A program made the position numbers and the translations under genes. A stretch of DNA of 64,000 nucleotides, from the NCBI GenBank assembly GCA_944320465.1, contig CALUHO010000006.1:43870-107869 (forward strand). Direction: 5' to 3'. This DNA is from an uncultured Bacteroidales bacterium. Lineage in GTDB: Bacteria; Bacteroidota; Bacteroidia; Bacteroidales; P3. Shown here one piece after another: positions 30,531 to 38,657 of the stretch; the first letter of the stretch is position 1, and each line of letters starts with the position of its first letter. Below the pieces are notes generated by a model. That model saw only the letters and a program-made list of their open reading frames with translations, was not told the origin of the DNA and ran no database searches.

Positions 30531-31904
30531 ATGAGCTCGCCAACAAGCCTCGGTCTGCCCCAAAACAGCGATATCAGTTACAAACGCATTTTCGGCATTG
30601 CTTTCCCTATCATCCTCAGTTCCTTGGCGCAGAACTTGATTTCTTTGGCCGATACCATTTTCTTGGGAAACCTGGGCGAAGTCCAATTAGGGGCGGCGGC
30701 CTTGGCGGTGATTTTCTACCAAGTAGTCTATATGACGGTCTTCGGATTCGGCGTCGGGGCGCAAATCATGATGGCCCGGCGTCTGGGGCAAGGCCAGAAG
30801 CACGCTATCGGCCGGATATTCCAGCATGCGTTGTGGTTCTGCCTGGCCGCCGCCCTCCTCTGCTGGATTCTGTACCAGTTTTTCGGGGAAAACCTGATAT
30901 TCTCGATGGTGCATACGGAGGAAACCGGCCGGGCCGTGCTGGATTATCTGAACGTCCGGGTCTATGGTTTCCCCTTCGCGTTCGCCTGCGTGGCCTTCAA
31001 TGCCTTTTATGTCGGCATCGCCCGCACCCGCAACATTTCCATCGCCACCTTGGTGATGGGCGTGGTCAACGTGGTGCTCGACTATGTACTGGTCTTCGGC
31101 GTATGGGGTTTCCCGCGCATGGAGATGGCCGGAGCCGCCTTGGCATCGGTCATTGCCGAGATTTGCGGCTTGCTGACGTACATTCTGCTGACCTGGTTCT
31201 CCGGCCACCGCAAGACCTATTCGCCTTTCCGGCGTTTCCCCTTGCAAATCAAGCTGGTGGGAAGTTTGTTGCAACTCTCCTACCCGGTCATGATCCAATA
31301 TTTCCTGTCGTTTGCCAACTACTTCCTTTTCTTCCTTTTTATCGAGTCTTTAGGGCAACATGCCTTAGCCATTGCCAACATCACGCGGAGCATGTACGTG
31401 CTTTTCCTGATTCCCACCTGGGGCTTCGCTTCCACGACGGCCACGCTGACTTCGTACCTCTGCGGCCAAGGCCGGACCGGGGACATCATGACGGTAGTGA
31501 AACGATGCCTGCTGTTGGTCACGATCTGCGTTTCATTCATCGTGGTGCTGTATTTGCCGTTCAACCGGCAGGTCTTAGGAATCTTTACGAAAGATGTCCT
31601 GCTGGCAGCCGAGAGCTTCGCGCCTTCGTTGGTGGCTATCCTGGCCACTTATCTGATGGGGGTAGCCCAAGTGGTGTTCAATACGATTCTTGGAAGAGGG
31701 CGGACCAAGGCGGGCTTCTTCATCGAGTTTGCCAATATGGTCCTGTACTTCCTCTACGGCTGGATTTTCATCTATATCGGCCACTGCTCGGTGGCGGTGG
31801 CTTTCGGAACGGAGGTCTGCTACACCTTGGGTCTGCTTTTCATCTCGTTGGGCTATATCGCTATCATGCGGAAGCGGGGCAAGCTGGATGCGGCTGCGGT
31901 GTGA
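30531..31904 (+). CDS. MATE family efflux transporter
   Basis: Twelve TM segments and an N-terminal IFGIAFPIILSSLAQNLISLADTIFLG motif. The track ORF 30506..32143 in another frame is a shadow. Confidence 0.85.
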   Translation: MSSPTSLGLPQNSDISYKRIFGIAFPIILSSLAQNLISLADTIFLGNLGEVQLGAAALAVIFYQVVYMTVFGFGVGAQIMMARRLGQGQKHAIGRIFQHALWFCLAAALLCWILYQFFGENLIFSMVHTEETGRAVLDYLNVRVYGFPFAFACVAFNAFYVGIARTRNISIATLVMGVVNVVLDYVLVFGVWGFPRMEMAGAALASVIAEICGLLTYILLTWFSGHRKTYSPFRRFPLQIKLVGSLLQLSYPVMIQYFLSFANYFLFFLFIESLGQHALAIANITRSMYVLFLIPTWGFASTTATLTSYLCGQGRTGDIMTVVKRCLLLVTICVSFIVVLYLPFNRQVLGIFTKDVLLAAESFAPSLVAILATYLMGVAQVVFNTILGRGRTKAGFFIEFANMVLYFLYGWIFIYIGHCSVAVAFGTEVCYTLGLLFISLGYIAIMRKRGKLDAAAV

Positions 31905-32203
31905 TTGAGGAGTGTGCGTTGCGTTTGACACCGCAAAGGCAGTTAAGGGCGGAATATGGCAAGTGGAGGAGTACGGTATGCGGCGGTCATTGTCGGGGAA
32001 AAATGCTTATTTTTGAAGCCGTGCAGGAAGTGTCCCTTGGGGCAGTGTCGACCGGTCCGGTTCGTTTGCCTTGTTTCCGGTTTCCGTTGTCTGCGACTGC
32101 ACGGAAGATTTTGCGGCTACGTGGAAAACGGAATGCGCTTTGACAACAGCCGTGCGAACCGAGAGCGTTTTTTGAGAAGTTGACAAATCAAATGCTTTGA
32201 TTT

Positions 32204-33745
32204 ATGTTGTACCCGATTGGAATCCAGAACTTTGAAAGCATCCGCGAAGGAGGCTACATCTATGTGGACAAGACCGATTTGATTCATCAGCTCGCCACCA
32301 CCGGCAAGTATTATATCTTGAGCCGCCCGCGCCGCTTCGGAAAGAGTCTTCTGGTCTCGACGATGGATGCCTATTTTCAAGGGAAAAAGGATCTATTCAA
32401 AGGATTGGCCATCGAGAAATTGGAAAAGGATTGGACGGAATATCCGGTATTGCATTTGGATCTGAGCGGGAAAGAATACAATAGCATGGAAGACCTCGAT
32501 GCCCGCTTGGACAGGCATCTGAGCCTTTGGGAGTCGAATTTTGAGGTCCGCAAACGCTATCCGATGGCCGATTCCCGTTTCTCTGACATCATTGATGCTG
32601 CTTATGAAAAGACCGGCAAGCCCGTCGTGATTCTGATTGACGAATACGACAAGCCGCTTCTGGACTCGGCGGGCCACGAAGCGCTCCGGGAGGCGTTCCG
32701 CAGCCGCCTGCAAGGCTTCTACAGCGTGATGAAGAGCCAGGACGGCAAACTCCGCTTCGGATTCCTCACCGGGGTCACCAAACTCGGCAAGCTCAGCATC
32801 TTCAGCGGACTCAACAACCTCAACGACATCTCGATGAACTTCCGTTACGCGGACATCTGTGGCATCTCGGAAAAAGACCTGCACGCCTACTTTGATGAAA
32901 GCGTCCGGGAAATGGCCGAAGCCAACGGATTGACCCAGGAGGAATGCTACGCCAAGCTGAAAGACTACTACGATGGTTACCATTTCTGCCGAAACAGTCC
33001 AGACATTTACAATCCTTTCAGTCTGCTGAATGCCTTGAACCAACAGGAATTCAACGATTACTGGTACGAAACCGGCACGCCCACCTTCGTGGTCAAGGCC
33101 CTGCGGAGCGGCAAGTTCAACTTGGAGGATTTGACCCTGGAAGGCGTTCCTGCCTCGGCTTTGGGCGGGGTCAATGCCGACGATTCCGACCCGGTCCCCG
33201 TCCTCTACCAGAGCGGCTACCTGACCATCCAGAGCTACGATGAACGCTGGCAGAGCTATACCTTGAAATATCCTAACAAGGAGGTGGAACGCGGCTTCAT
33301 GGGATGCCTGGCCAAGACCTACGTCCCTTCGGCCAGCTACAACAGCCCGTTCTCGGTGCGGAAGTTCGTGGAGGACTTCGAGAAGGGCGATGCCGAAAGC
33401 CTGATGAGACGCTTCGAGGCCTTCTTTGCCGATGCCGATTACGAGATTGTGGGCGATGCCGAGCTCTACTTCCAGAATACCATGTACGTCATGTGCAAAT
33501 TGATGGGGCAGTACACCCAAGTGGAACGCCACACCAGCAACGGCCGGATGGACATTCTGGTGCAGACCGACAAGTACGTTTATATCATGGAACTGAAGAT
33601 GGATGCCAGCGCGGACGAGGCCTTGCAGCAAATCGAGGACAAAGGCTATGCCAAGCCCTTTGCCGCCGACCCTCGCAAACTCTTCAAAATCGGGGTCGGC
33701 TTCTCCAGCGAAACGAGGCAGATCAAGGAGTGGAAAATGGAATAA
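32204..33745 (+). CDS. AAA-ATPase-like + PD-(D/E)XK (PDDEXK_9-type) family protein, paralog A
   Basis: MLYPIGIQNFESIREGGYIYVDKTDLIHQLATTGKYYILSRPRRFGKSLL (the N-terminus of the Bacteroides predicted AAA-ATPase family), Walker B ILIDEYDKPL, and a C-terminal RMDILVQTDKYVYIMELK nuclease motif. Confidence 0.85.
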   Translation: MLYPIGIQNFESIREGGYIYVDKTDLIHQLATTGKYYILSRPRRFGKSLLVSTMDAYFQGKKDLFKGLAIEKLEKDWTEYPVLHLDLSGKEYNSMEDLDARLDRHLSLWESNFEVRKRYPMADSRFSDIIDAAYEKTGKPVVILIDEYDKPLLDSAGHEALREAFRSRLQGFYSVMKSQDGKLRFGFLTGVTKLGKLSIFSGLNNLNDISMNFRYADICGISEKDLHAYFDESVREMAEANGLTQEECYAKLKDYYDGYHFCRNSPDIYNPFSLLNALNQQEFNDYWYETGTPTFVVKALRSGKFNLEDLTLEGVPASALGGVNADDSDPVPVLYQSGYLTIQSYDERWQSYTLKYPNKEVERGFMGCLAKTYVPSASYNSPFSVRKFVEDFEKGDAESLMRRFEAFFADADYEIVGDAELYFQNTMYVMCKLMGQYTQVERHTSNGRMDILVQTDKYVYIMELKMDASADEALQQIEDKGYAKPFAADPRKLFKIGVGFSSETRQIKEWKME

Positions 33746-33748
33746 CTT

Positions 33749-35128
33749 TTAGTTCGCCTGAGGAGCATCTGATGTTCCTTTCCCCTCCGGTTTGCCCCAC
33801 ACTTTTTCCGGAAAGTGATAACTTATCGTACACAAGGAATTCTTATCCTCTGTCACGCACGAAAGGAGCTTACCTTGGGATGCAATATCTTTCACTACAT
33901 CGCTGGAGGGATGCCCATACCGATTGATTTTTCCGTATGAAACAAAATAATGTTCCGTCTTGGCATTCAAATCCAACAGCTTAGAACTATATGAATCGGC
34001 GGACCCATGGTGGGGGACTTGCACCATATCAAGTTGCGGAAGGTCTGACTCCAATTTTGCACATATGATATCGAATACCCTTCTACGGCATCCTGCCAAA
34101 CCGTATTCTTGATTCATATCCATGTCGCCCAAATACAGACATCCTGCTTTCTCTTTAATCTTCTTCGTTTCCCTTATCCCCGTACAATTATTTATACCCA
34201 GACAATCTTCCACATTAAAGACGGCTTCAGTATCCACAGGACCGGAATAAAGCATCATGGAATCCTTATTCAGGTCTTCTTTTCTGTTTGTCCCCAATGA
34301 AACTTTTCCATAAATATCTTTCAATAAATCAAAGTTCTTTTTCGCGGTCCCAGCCTTTTCTTTCGATTGGGATGGCGCAGCAAGCACATCAAGTATTTCC
34401 TTATAACTTATTTTTAAATCAAGCAAATTCCGCAAACCGGATTGCTCTATTTCTGCTTTAAATGCTTTATACTTTTCTTCAACATTAAAATTGAAGGGAG
34501 TGTATTTCCACAGCGAATCTATACGTATGCTCTGAAAGCTACCGATTTCCTTTCCATTGTCCAAAGCTGTTAAATCAAATCCATTAACAGATACGTCCTC
34601 GTTATCATCAAATGCGCGAACATAAATTATACTGGTCTTATCACCGAATACATCTTCATAAGAGCACATGATACGATAAAGATTCTCCAATTTATCCTTT
34701 CTGACATTCCTACTGGCTATTTCATATAGGAAAAGGAGCCGACGTATTTCCAGATTTTTATATAAAAAAGGTAAAAAGACCCTCTTCACGTTATGTTTTT
34801 TCCGGAGACTTTCTATTCCATTGATGTGATCCTCATGAAGATGAGATATGAATAAGGCATCTATGTCTCCAGAATGCTGTCTATCAAATTCATTCCCTAC
34901 AACATCCTGTACTTTTTCCTTTTTTCTAGACCCACAATCATACACCACACAGGCTTTGCAAATATCCCCATCCATGAAACGTTCCGCATAGAACGAACCT
35001 TGACCGACAGGATACAGTTTCCTCTCCAGTCGCAATGGGCCATACTTTGACAAATTTCCTTCCGAATCGACTACCCAAAGGCTCATTCCTGTAAAAGCGT
35101 CTATCATTTTCAAATATTTTCCTTTCAT
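33749..35128 (-). CDS. MBL-fold metallo-hydrolase, ComEC-type signature (paralog 1; canonical HxHxDH)
   Basis: FISHLHEDHINGI (34826-34843), CLYLGDMD and LDMVQVPHHGS. No signal peptide or TM segment. The gene is AT-rich. The ORF is open to 35197, but that extension overlaps the upstream sorting-domain fragment, so the Met at 35128 or later is more likely. Confidence 0.75.
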   Translation of the reverse strand: MKGKYLKMIDAFTGMSLWVVDSEGNLSKYGPLRLERKLYPVGQGSFYAERFMDGDICKACVVYDCGSRKKEKVQDVVGNEFDRQHSGDIDALFISHLHEDHINGIESLRKKHNVKRVFLPFLYKNLEIRRLLFLYEIASRNVRKDKLENLYRIMCSYEDVFGDKTSIIYVRAFDDNEDVSVNGFDLTALDNGKEIGSFQSIRIDSLWKYTPFNFNVEEKYKAFKAEIEQSGLRNLLDLKISYKEILDVLAAPSQSKEKAGTAKKNFDLLKDIYGKVSLGTNRKEDLNKDSMMLYSGPVDTEAVFNVEDCLGINNCTGIRETKKIKEKAGCLYLGDMDMNQEYGLAGCRRRVFDIICAKLESDLPQLDMVQVPHHGSADSYSSKLLDLNAKTEHYFVSYGKINRYGHPSSDVVKDIASQGKLLSCVTEDKNSLCTISYHFPEKVWGKPEGKGTSDAPQAN

Positions 35129-35175
35129 AGACAATAAAAAAAAGGGTACTCTTCTTCGAGTACCCTGAAATTGTT

Positions 35176-35412
35176 CTACATCACTAAAAGTTTCCACGTG
35201 TTCCCACTGTTACGAACAATGTAAATCCCTGCTTGACGGACAGGAATCCTATTATTGCTTTGACCTTGGTAAACCAACGTACCCACGGTGGTGAAGACGG
35301 ACACTTCCCCGCTTAGACCTTCCGTGAAGATGGTTCTGTCTTTGGCATAAACCCGACCATGCGGTTCGCCTTCAATGGCCTCGTTGCCCACCGAAGGATC
35401 TCGGTCGGCCAC
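35176..35412 (-). pseudogene. Detached T9SS C-terminal sorting domain (belongs to the upstream LRR gene, out of frame)
   Basis: VYAKDRTIFTEGLSGEVSVFTTVGTLVYQGQSNNRIPVRQAGIYIVRNSGNTWKLLV matches the Por-secretion-tail pattern. It has no ATG (GTG sharing the G of the LRR TAG stop). Its frame is open back to about 35544. Confidence 0.8.
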
Positions 35413-36995
35413 TACGTGAACCAGACGGACGGCAGGTCTTCGTTTTCCCCTGCATAGGCCGTAGCATACGGATAGGTGACTTCCTGTTGAGTGAACGTCA
35501 GCATGTTCCCATTCAGAACTGCCCCATGCCAGACCAAAACCCTGTCAATATCGAAATTCGGCAAAGAAGAGAGGTCGAACGCATCGTTTCCATCCAAAAC
35601 TACATTTAAACGATTATCTTCTGCATACAGAACCCGCAAATTCGTGTTGGACGACAAATCAAGGCTCGTCAGCTGGTTTTGCTCGCAGGATAAGATCTCC
35701 AAGGCGGTGTCCTGGCTCACGTCCAGAGCCGTCAGCTGGTTAATGTGGCACCACAAAGTTATCAAGGCGGTGTTCTGGCTCACGTCCAGGCTCGTCAGAT
35801 AGTTGCTAGAACAGGTCAAGTCCGTCAAGGCGGTGCAGCCGCTCACGTCCAAGCTTGTCAGCTGGTTGTTGTCGCAATTCAAGTACGTCAAGGCGGTGTG
35901 CTGGCTCACGTCCAGAGCCGTCAGCTGGTTTTCATAGCAGAACAACTTCGTCAAGGCGGTGTTCTGGCTCACGTCCAAGGCCGTCAGCTGGTTTTGCTCG
36001 CAGGATAAGATCTCCAAGGCGGTGTTCTCGCTCACGTCCAAGGCCGTCAGCTGGTTTTGGCCGCAACCCAAGGACTCCAAGGCGGTGTTCTGGCTCACGT
36101 CCAAGGCCGTCAGCTGGTTGTTGTCGCAATTCAAGTACGTCAAGGCGGTGTTCTGGCTCACGTCCAAGGCCGTCAGCTGGTTAATGTGGCACCACAAAGT
36201 TATCAAGGCGGTGTTCTCGCTCACGTCCAGAGCCGTCAGATAGTTGCTAGAACAGGTCAAGTCCGTCAAGACGGTGCAGCTGCTCACGTCCAAGGCCGTC
36301 AGCCGGTTGCCGGAGCAAGCCAAGTCCATCAAGGCGGTGCAGCCGCTCACGTCCAAGCTCGTCAGCTGGTTCATCTCGCAATTCAAGCCCGTCAAAGCGG
36401 TGCAGCCGCTCAGATCCAGGCTCGTCAGCTGGTTTTCCCTGCAACCCAAGGACGTCAAGGCGGTGCAGTCGCTCAGATCCAGGCTCGTCAGCTGGTTTTC
36501 CCTGCAACCCAAGGACTCCAAGGCAGTGCAGCCGCTCAGATCCAGGCTCGTCAGCTGGTTTTGCTCGCAGGACAAGAACTCCAAGGCAGTGCAGCCGCTC
36601 ACGTCCAAGGCCGTCAGCTGGTTGTTGTCGCAATTCAAGTACGTCAAGGCGGTGCAGCCGCTCACGTCCAAGTCCGTCACCTGGCTGTTTTTGCATTCCA
36701 ATCTCTCCAAAGAAAAAAAGTACTTGATGCCTTCAAAACTTTCTATTGAACTGTTATAACCAAGAGTAAGGTCTTTCACCCTACCTGCTTCTGCGCTAGA
36801 TAATTCTCCGCTATCATTGCTGTCATAATTATTACTAACATACTGACGAAACACTTCGTCCGGAAAATGTTCCTCGTCAATCGGCACGGGGAAATCATCG
36901 TAGCCGGGAATCCAGCTTTGGGCATAACCCCAGCAAGTCAGGCCTTGCAGCATGATGCCGCATAGCAACAGGTAAAAGAATCGTAATGTCTTCAT
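35412..36995 (-). CDS. Leucine-rich repeat surface protein (BspA/internalin-like, 21-aa Cys-containing LRR), C-terminally truncated by frameshift
   Basis: Signal peptide MKTLRFFYLLLCGIMLQGLTCWGYAQS, then about 17 consecutive LTxLDVSxxTALxxLxCxxNQ units. The stop TAG is at 35414-35412, immediately before the sorting-domain fragment. Confidence 0.85.
   Translation of the reverse strand: MKTLRFFYLLLCGIMLQGLTCWGYAQSWIPGYDDFPVPIDEEHFPDEVFRQYVSNNYDSNDSGELSSAEAGRVKDLTLGYNSSIESFEGIKYFFSLERLECKNSQVTDLDVSGCTALTYLNCDNNQLTALDVSGCTALEFLSCEQNQLTSLDLSGCTALESLGCRENQLTSLDLSDCTALTSLGCRENQLTSLDLSGCTALTGLNCEMNQLTSLDVSGCTALMDLACSGNRLTALDVSSCTVLTDLTCSSNYLTALDVSENTALITLWCHINQLTALDVSQNTALTYLNCDNNQLTALDVSQNTALESLGCGQNQLTALDVSENTALEILSCEQNQLTALDVSQNTALTKLFCYENQLTALDVSQHTALTYLNCDNNQLTSLDVSGCTALTDLTCSSNYLTSLDVSQNTALITLWCHINQLTALDVSQDTALEILSCEQNQLTSLDLSSNTNLRVLYAEDNRLNVVLDGNDAFDLSSLPNFDIDRVLVWHGAVLNGNMLTFTQQEVTYPYATAYAGENEDLPSVWFT
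35610..36680. repeat. 63-bp tandem coding repeats (about 17 units) of the LRR gene
   Basis: GTCAGCTGGTT and GCTCACGTCCA recur with 63-bp periodicity. There is a higher-order duplication (units 7-9 resemble units 14-16). Confidence 0.9.
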
Positions 36996-36999
36996 TGTA

Positions 37000-38346
37000 T
37001 CACGTTTGTTTTTTTATTACATATCCTGTAGTATCCGGCTCTTCCGATATGCAAAGCAGCCGTTTCGGGCTTTTGAAATCAGCTGTAACCTGTGAATCAG
37101 GAAAAAAATGCTTTCCCTTGCCACAGCTCACAAGGTCCTTGCTATGCGACAGGAAATAATATTCCACATCCGGGTTCAATTCCTGCAATTCGTGATTATA
37201 GGAATTGACAGAACCATGATGCGGAACCTGAATCATATCCAGCTGTGGAAGCTCGGCCCGCAACCGTATCCGGATGGTGGAAAGAACATCCGTATTCACA
37301 AGATCCGCATCCCCAAGATACAAGCAGGCCGCATTCTTGCCTTGTTCCCATTTCATGCTATCAAGTTTTTCCCCTGCAACCCTGTCGCCCTCTTCCCGGC
37401 ACACAGTCAAGGAATCTTTTGCAAAAGATTCCACAGGGCCGGAATAAACCATCAATGAATTGGAGTTGAGCCTGCTCGGCTCTTTTGTTTCTCCAATCTG
37501 CCGGTAAATGCATTTGAGTGCCGAAATTTCCTTGGATCTGCAGCCACGAAAAACAGCCGAAACGATGTCGGGGAACTGTTTCAAGACAGGACATTCATCT
37601 ACTAGCTTCTTGAACAGCTTCGTCCGGTTTTTCTCATCGAAATTGAACGGGATGTATTTCCAGCAACATTTGTCCCCACCTTTATCAGAAAAGTTCACTC
37701 CGATGTTGATAGCTTGGAAACTTCCTATAATATCGCCTGTTTTGAATTCGGCCAAATTCTTGGGAGAAGCAGGATTAATATCGCCCGTTTCGGGGTCATA
37801 CGGCTCCACATAGAGGATTTTTGTATCCTTGCCCCAATATTCTTGCGGATTGTAAATCAAGCTGTGCAATGTCTGGATATCGTTTTCCTTGGTCTTGGAA
37901 GTGGTTTTTCCCAAGGCGAGAAGGTATTCCAGCTTTTTAGTGGTTTTGTCTTTCAGCAAGGGCAAAACCACGCACTTGACATCGTACTTCTTTTTCAATC
38001 GGGAAATCCCGCTGATATGGTCCTCATCCAAATGCGAAACGAACAGGATTTCTATCTCCTCTTTGGGAGGCCGTTTCCCTTTCGCCTTGGGCTTCGCCAT
38101 CGTAGCCCCTTGCGCGGTAAAGGCGGAATCGATGATGTTCTGCCACTGCTTGATGGCTTGTTTCGAGCCGCAGTCGTACACGACACGAATGATATCGCCG
38201 TTGAAACCGGTCAATTCTTCCGTATAGAACGCTCCATGCCCTACCGGGTGGATTGTCCGGGTCAGGAATGGAGTCATGCCTGCCGTGAAAAGTCCATTCA
38301 TGCCTACAGAACTATGGCCTTGTTTGTTCTCTTCCATTTCCATCAT
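37000..38346 (-). CDS. MBL-fold metallo-hydrolase, ComEC-type signature (paralog 2; HxDxDH variant)
   Basis: FVSHLDEDHISGI (38017-38034), WKYIPFNF, CLYLGDAD and LDMIQVPHHGS. These motifs are colinear with paralog 1, but overall similarity is low. Its stop is 4 nt before the LRR start codon. Confidence 0.75.
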   Translation of the reverse strand: MMEMEENKQGHSSVGMNGLFTAGMTPFLTRTIHPVGHGAFYTEELTGFNGDIIRVVYDCGSKQAIKQWQNIIDSAFTAQGATMAKPKAKGKRPPKEEIEILFVSHLDEDHISGISRLKKKYDVKCVVLPLLKDKTTKKLEYLLALGKTTSKTKENDIQTLHSLIYNPQEYWGKDTKILYVEPYDPETGDINPASPKNLAEFKTGDIIGSFQAINIGVNFSDKGGDKCCWKYIPFNFDEKNRTKLFKKLVDECPVLKQFPDIVSAVFRGCRSKEISALKCIYRQIGETKEPSRLNSNSLMVYSGPVESFAKDSLTVCREEGDRVAGEKLDSMKWEQGKNAACLYLGDADLVNTDVLSTIRIRLRAELPQLDMIQVPHHGSVNSYNHELQELNPDVEYYFLSHSKDLVSCGKGKHFFPDSQVTADFKSPKRLLCISEEPDTTGYVIKKQT

Positions 38347-38458
38347 ACATAAAAGATTCAGGTTTGTTCACGACAAAAGTCCCGCTCGCGAACAGCCGGT
38401 ATCCATGCTATCCGGAGGATGACTTCAACCGGAAACCACCTTGGGTTGCCGCGATTCT

Positions 38459-38646
38459 AAGTATCTCTTGGCAAGAGATACTTTTGTACCGGCAATCCTC
38501 AATAAAAGAACATCTTACATGGACACAAGATGCAATCTTATGTGCGGGAGTTGCCTAGAAAGAGATACTCCACTTGCCGGAAATGACGCAGTTCCAAAAA
38601 CTTTCGTACTTTTGTCACCGTCTTCAAGTATCTCTTGCCAAGAGAT
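38459..38646. promoter_or_regulatory. Candidate invertible promoter segment (inverton)
   Basis: A perfect 21-bp inverted repeat: ATCTCTTGGCAAGAGATACTT (38463-38483) and AAGTATCTCTTGCCAAGAGAT (38626-38646). It encloses 142 bp with two TACTTTTG (-7 TAnnTTTG) motifs on the + strand (38479-38486 and 38607-38614). It lies between the recombinase stop and the MBL2 start. Confidence 0.45.
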
Positions 38647-38657
38647 TTGCCAACCCC

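Noticed and set aside
30506-32143. 545-aa + ORF overlapping the MATE gene in another frame
   Set aside because: It has an Arg/Gly/Pro/His-rich composition typical of an off-frame ORF. The 457-aa frame gives twelve clean TM helices.
32393-33631. 412-aa minus ORF inside AAA-ATPase paralog A (and 40996..41649 inside paralog B)
   Set aside because: They are antisense shadows. Both recur only because the sense genes are paralogous.
35745-36759. Several repetitive + strand ORFs (GGVLAHVQ..., AVSWF... repeats) and a minus alternative-frame ORF
   Set aside because: They are frame artefacts of the 63-bp LRR repeats. Only the minus frame with a signal peptide and LRR consensus is credible.
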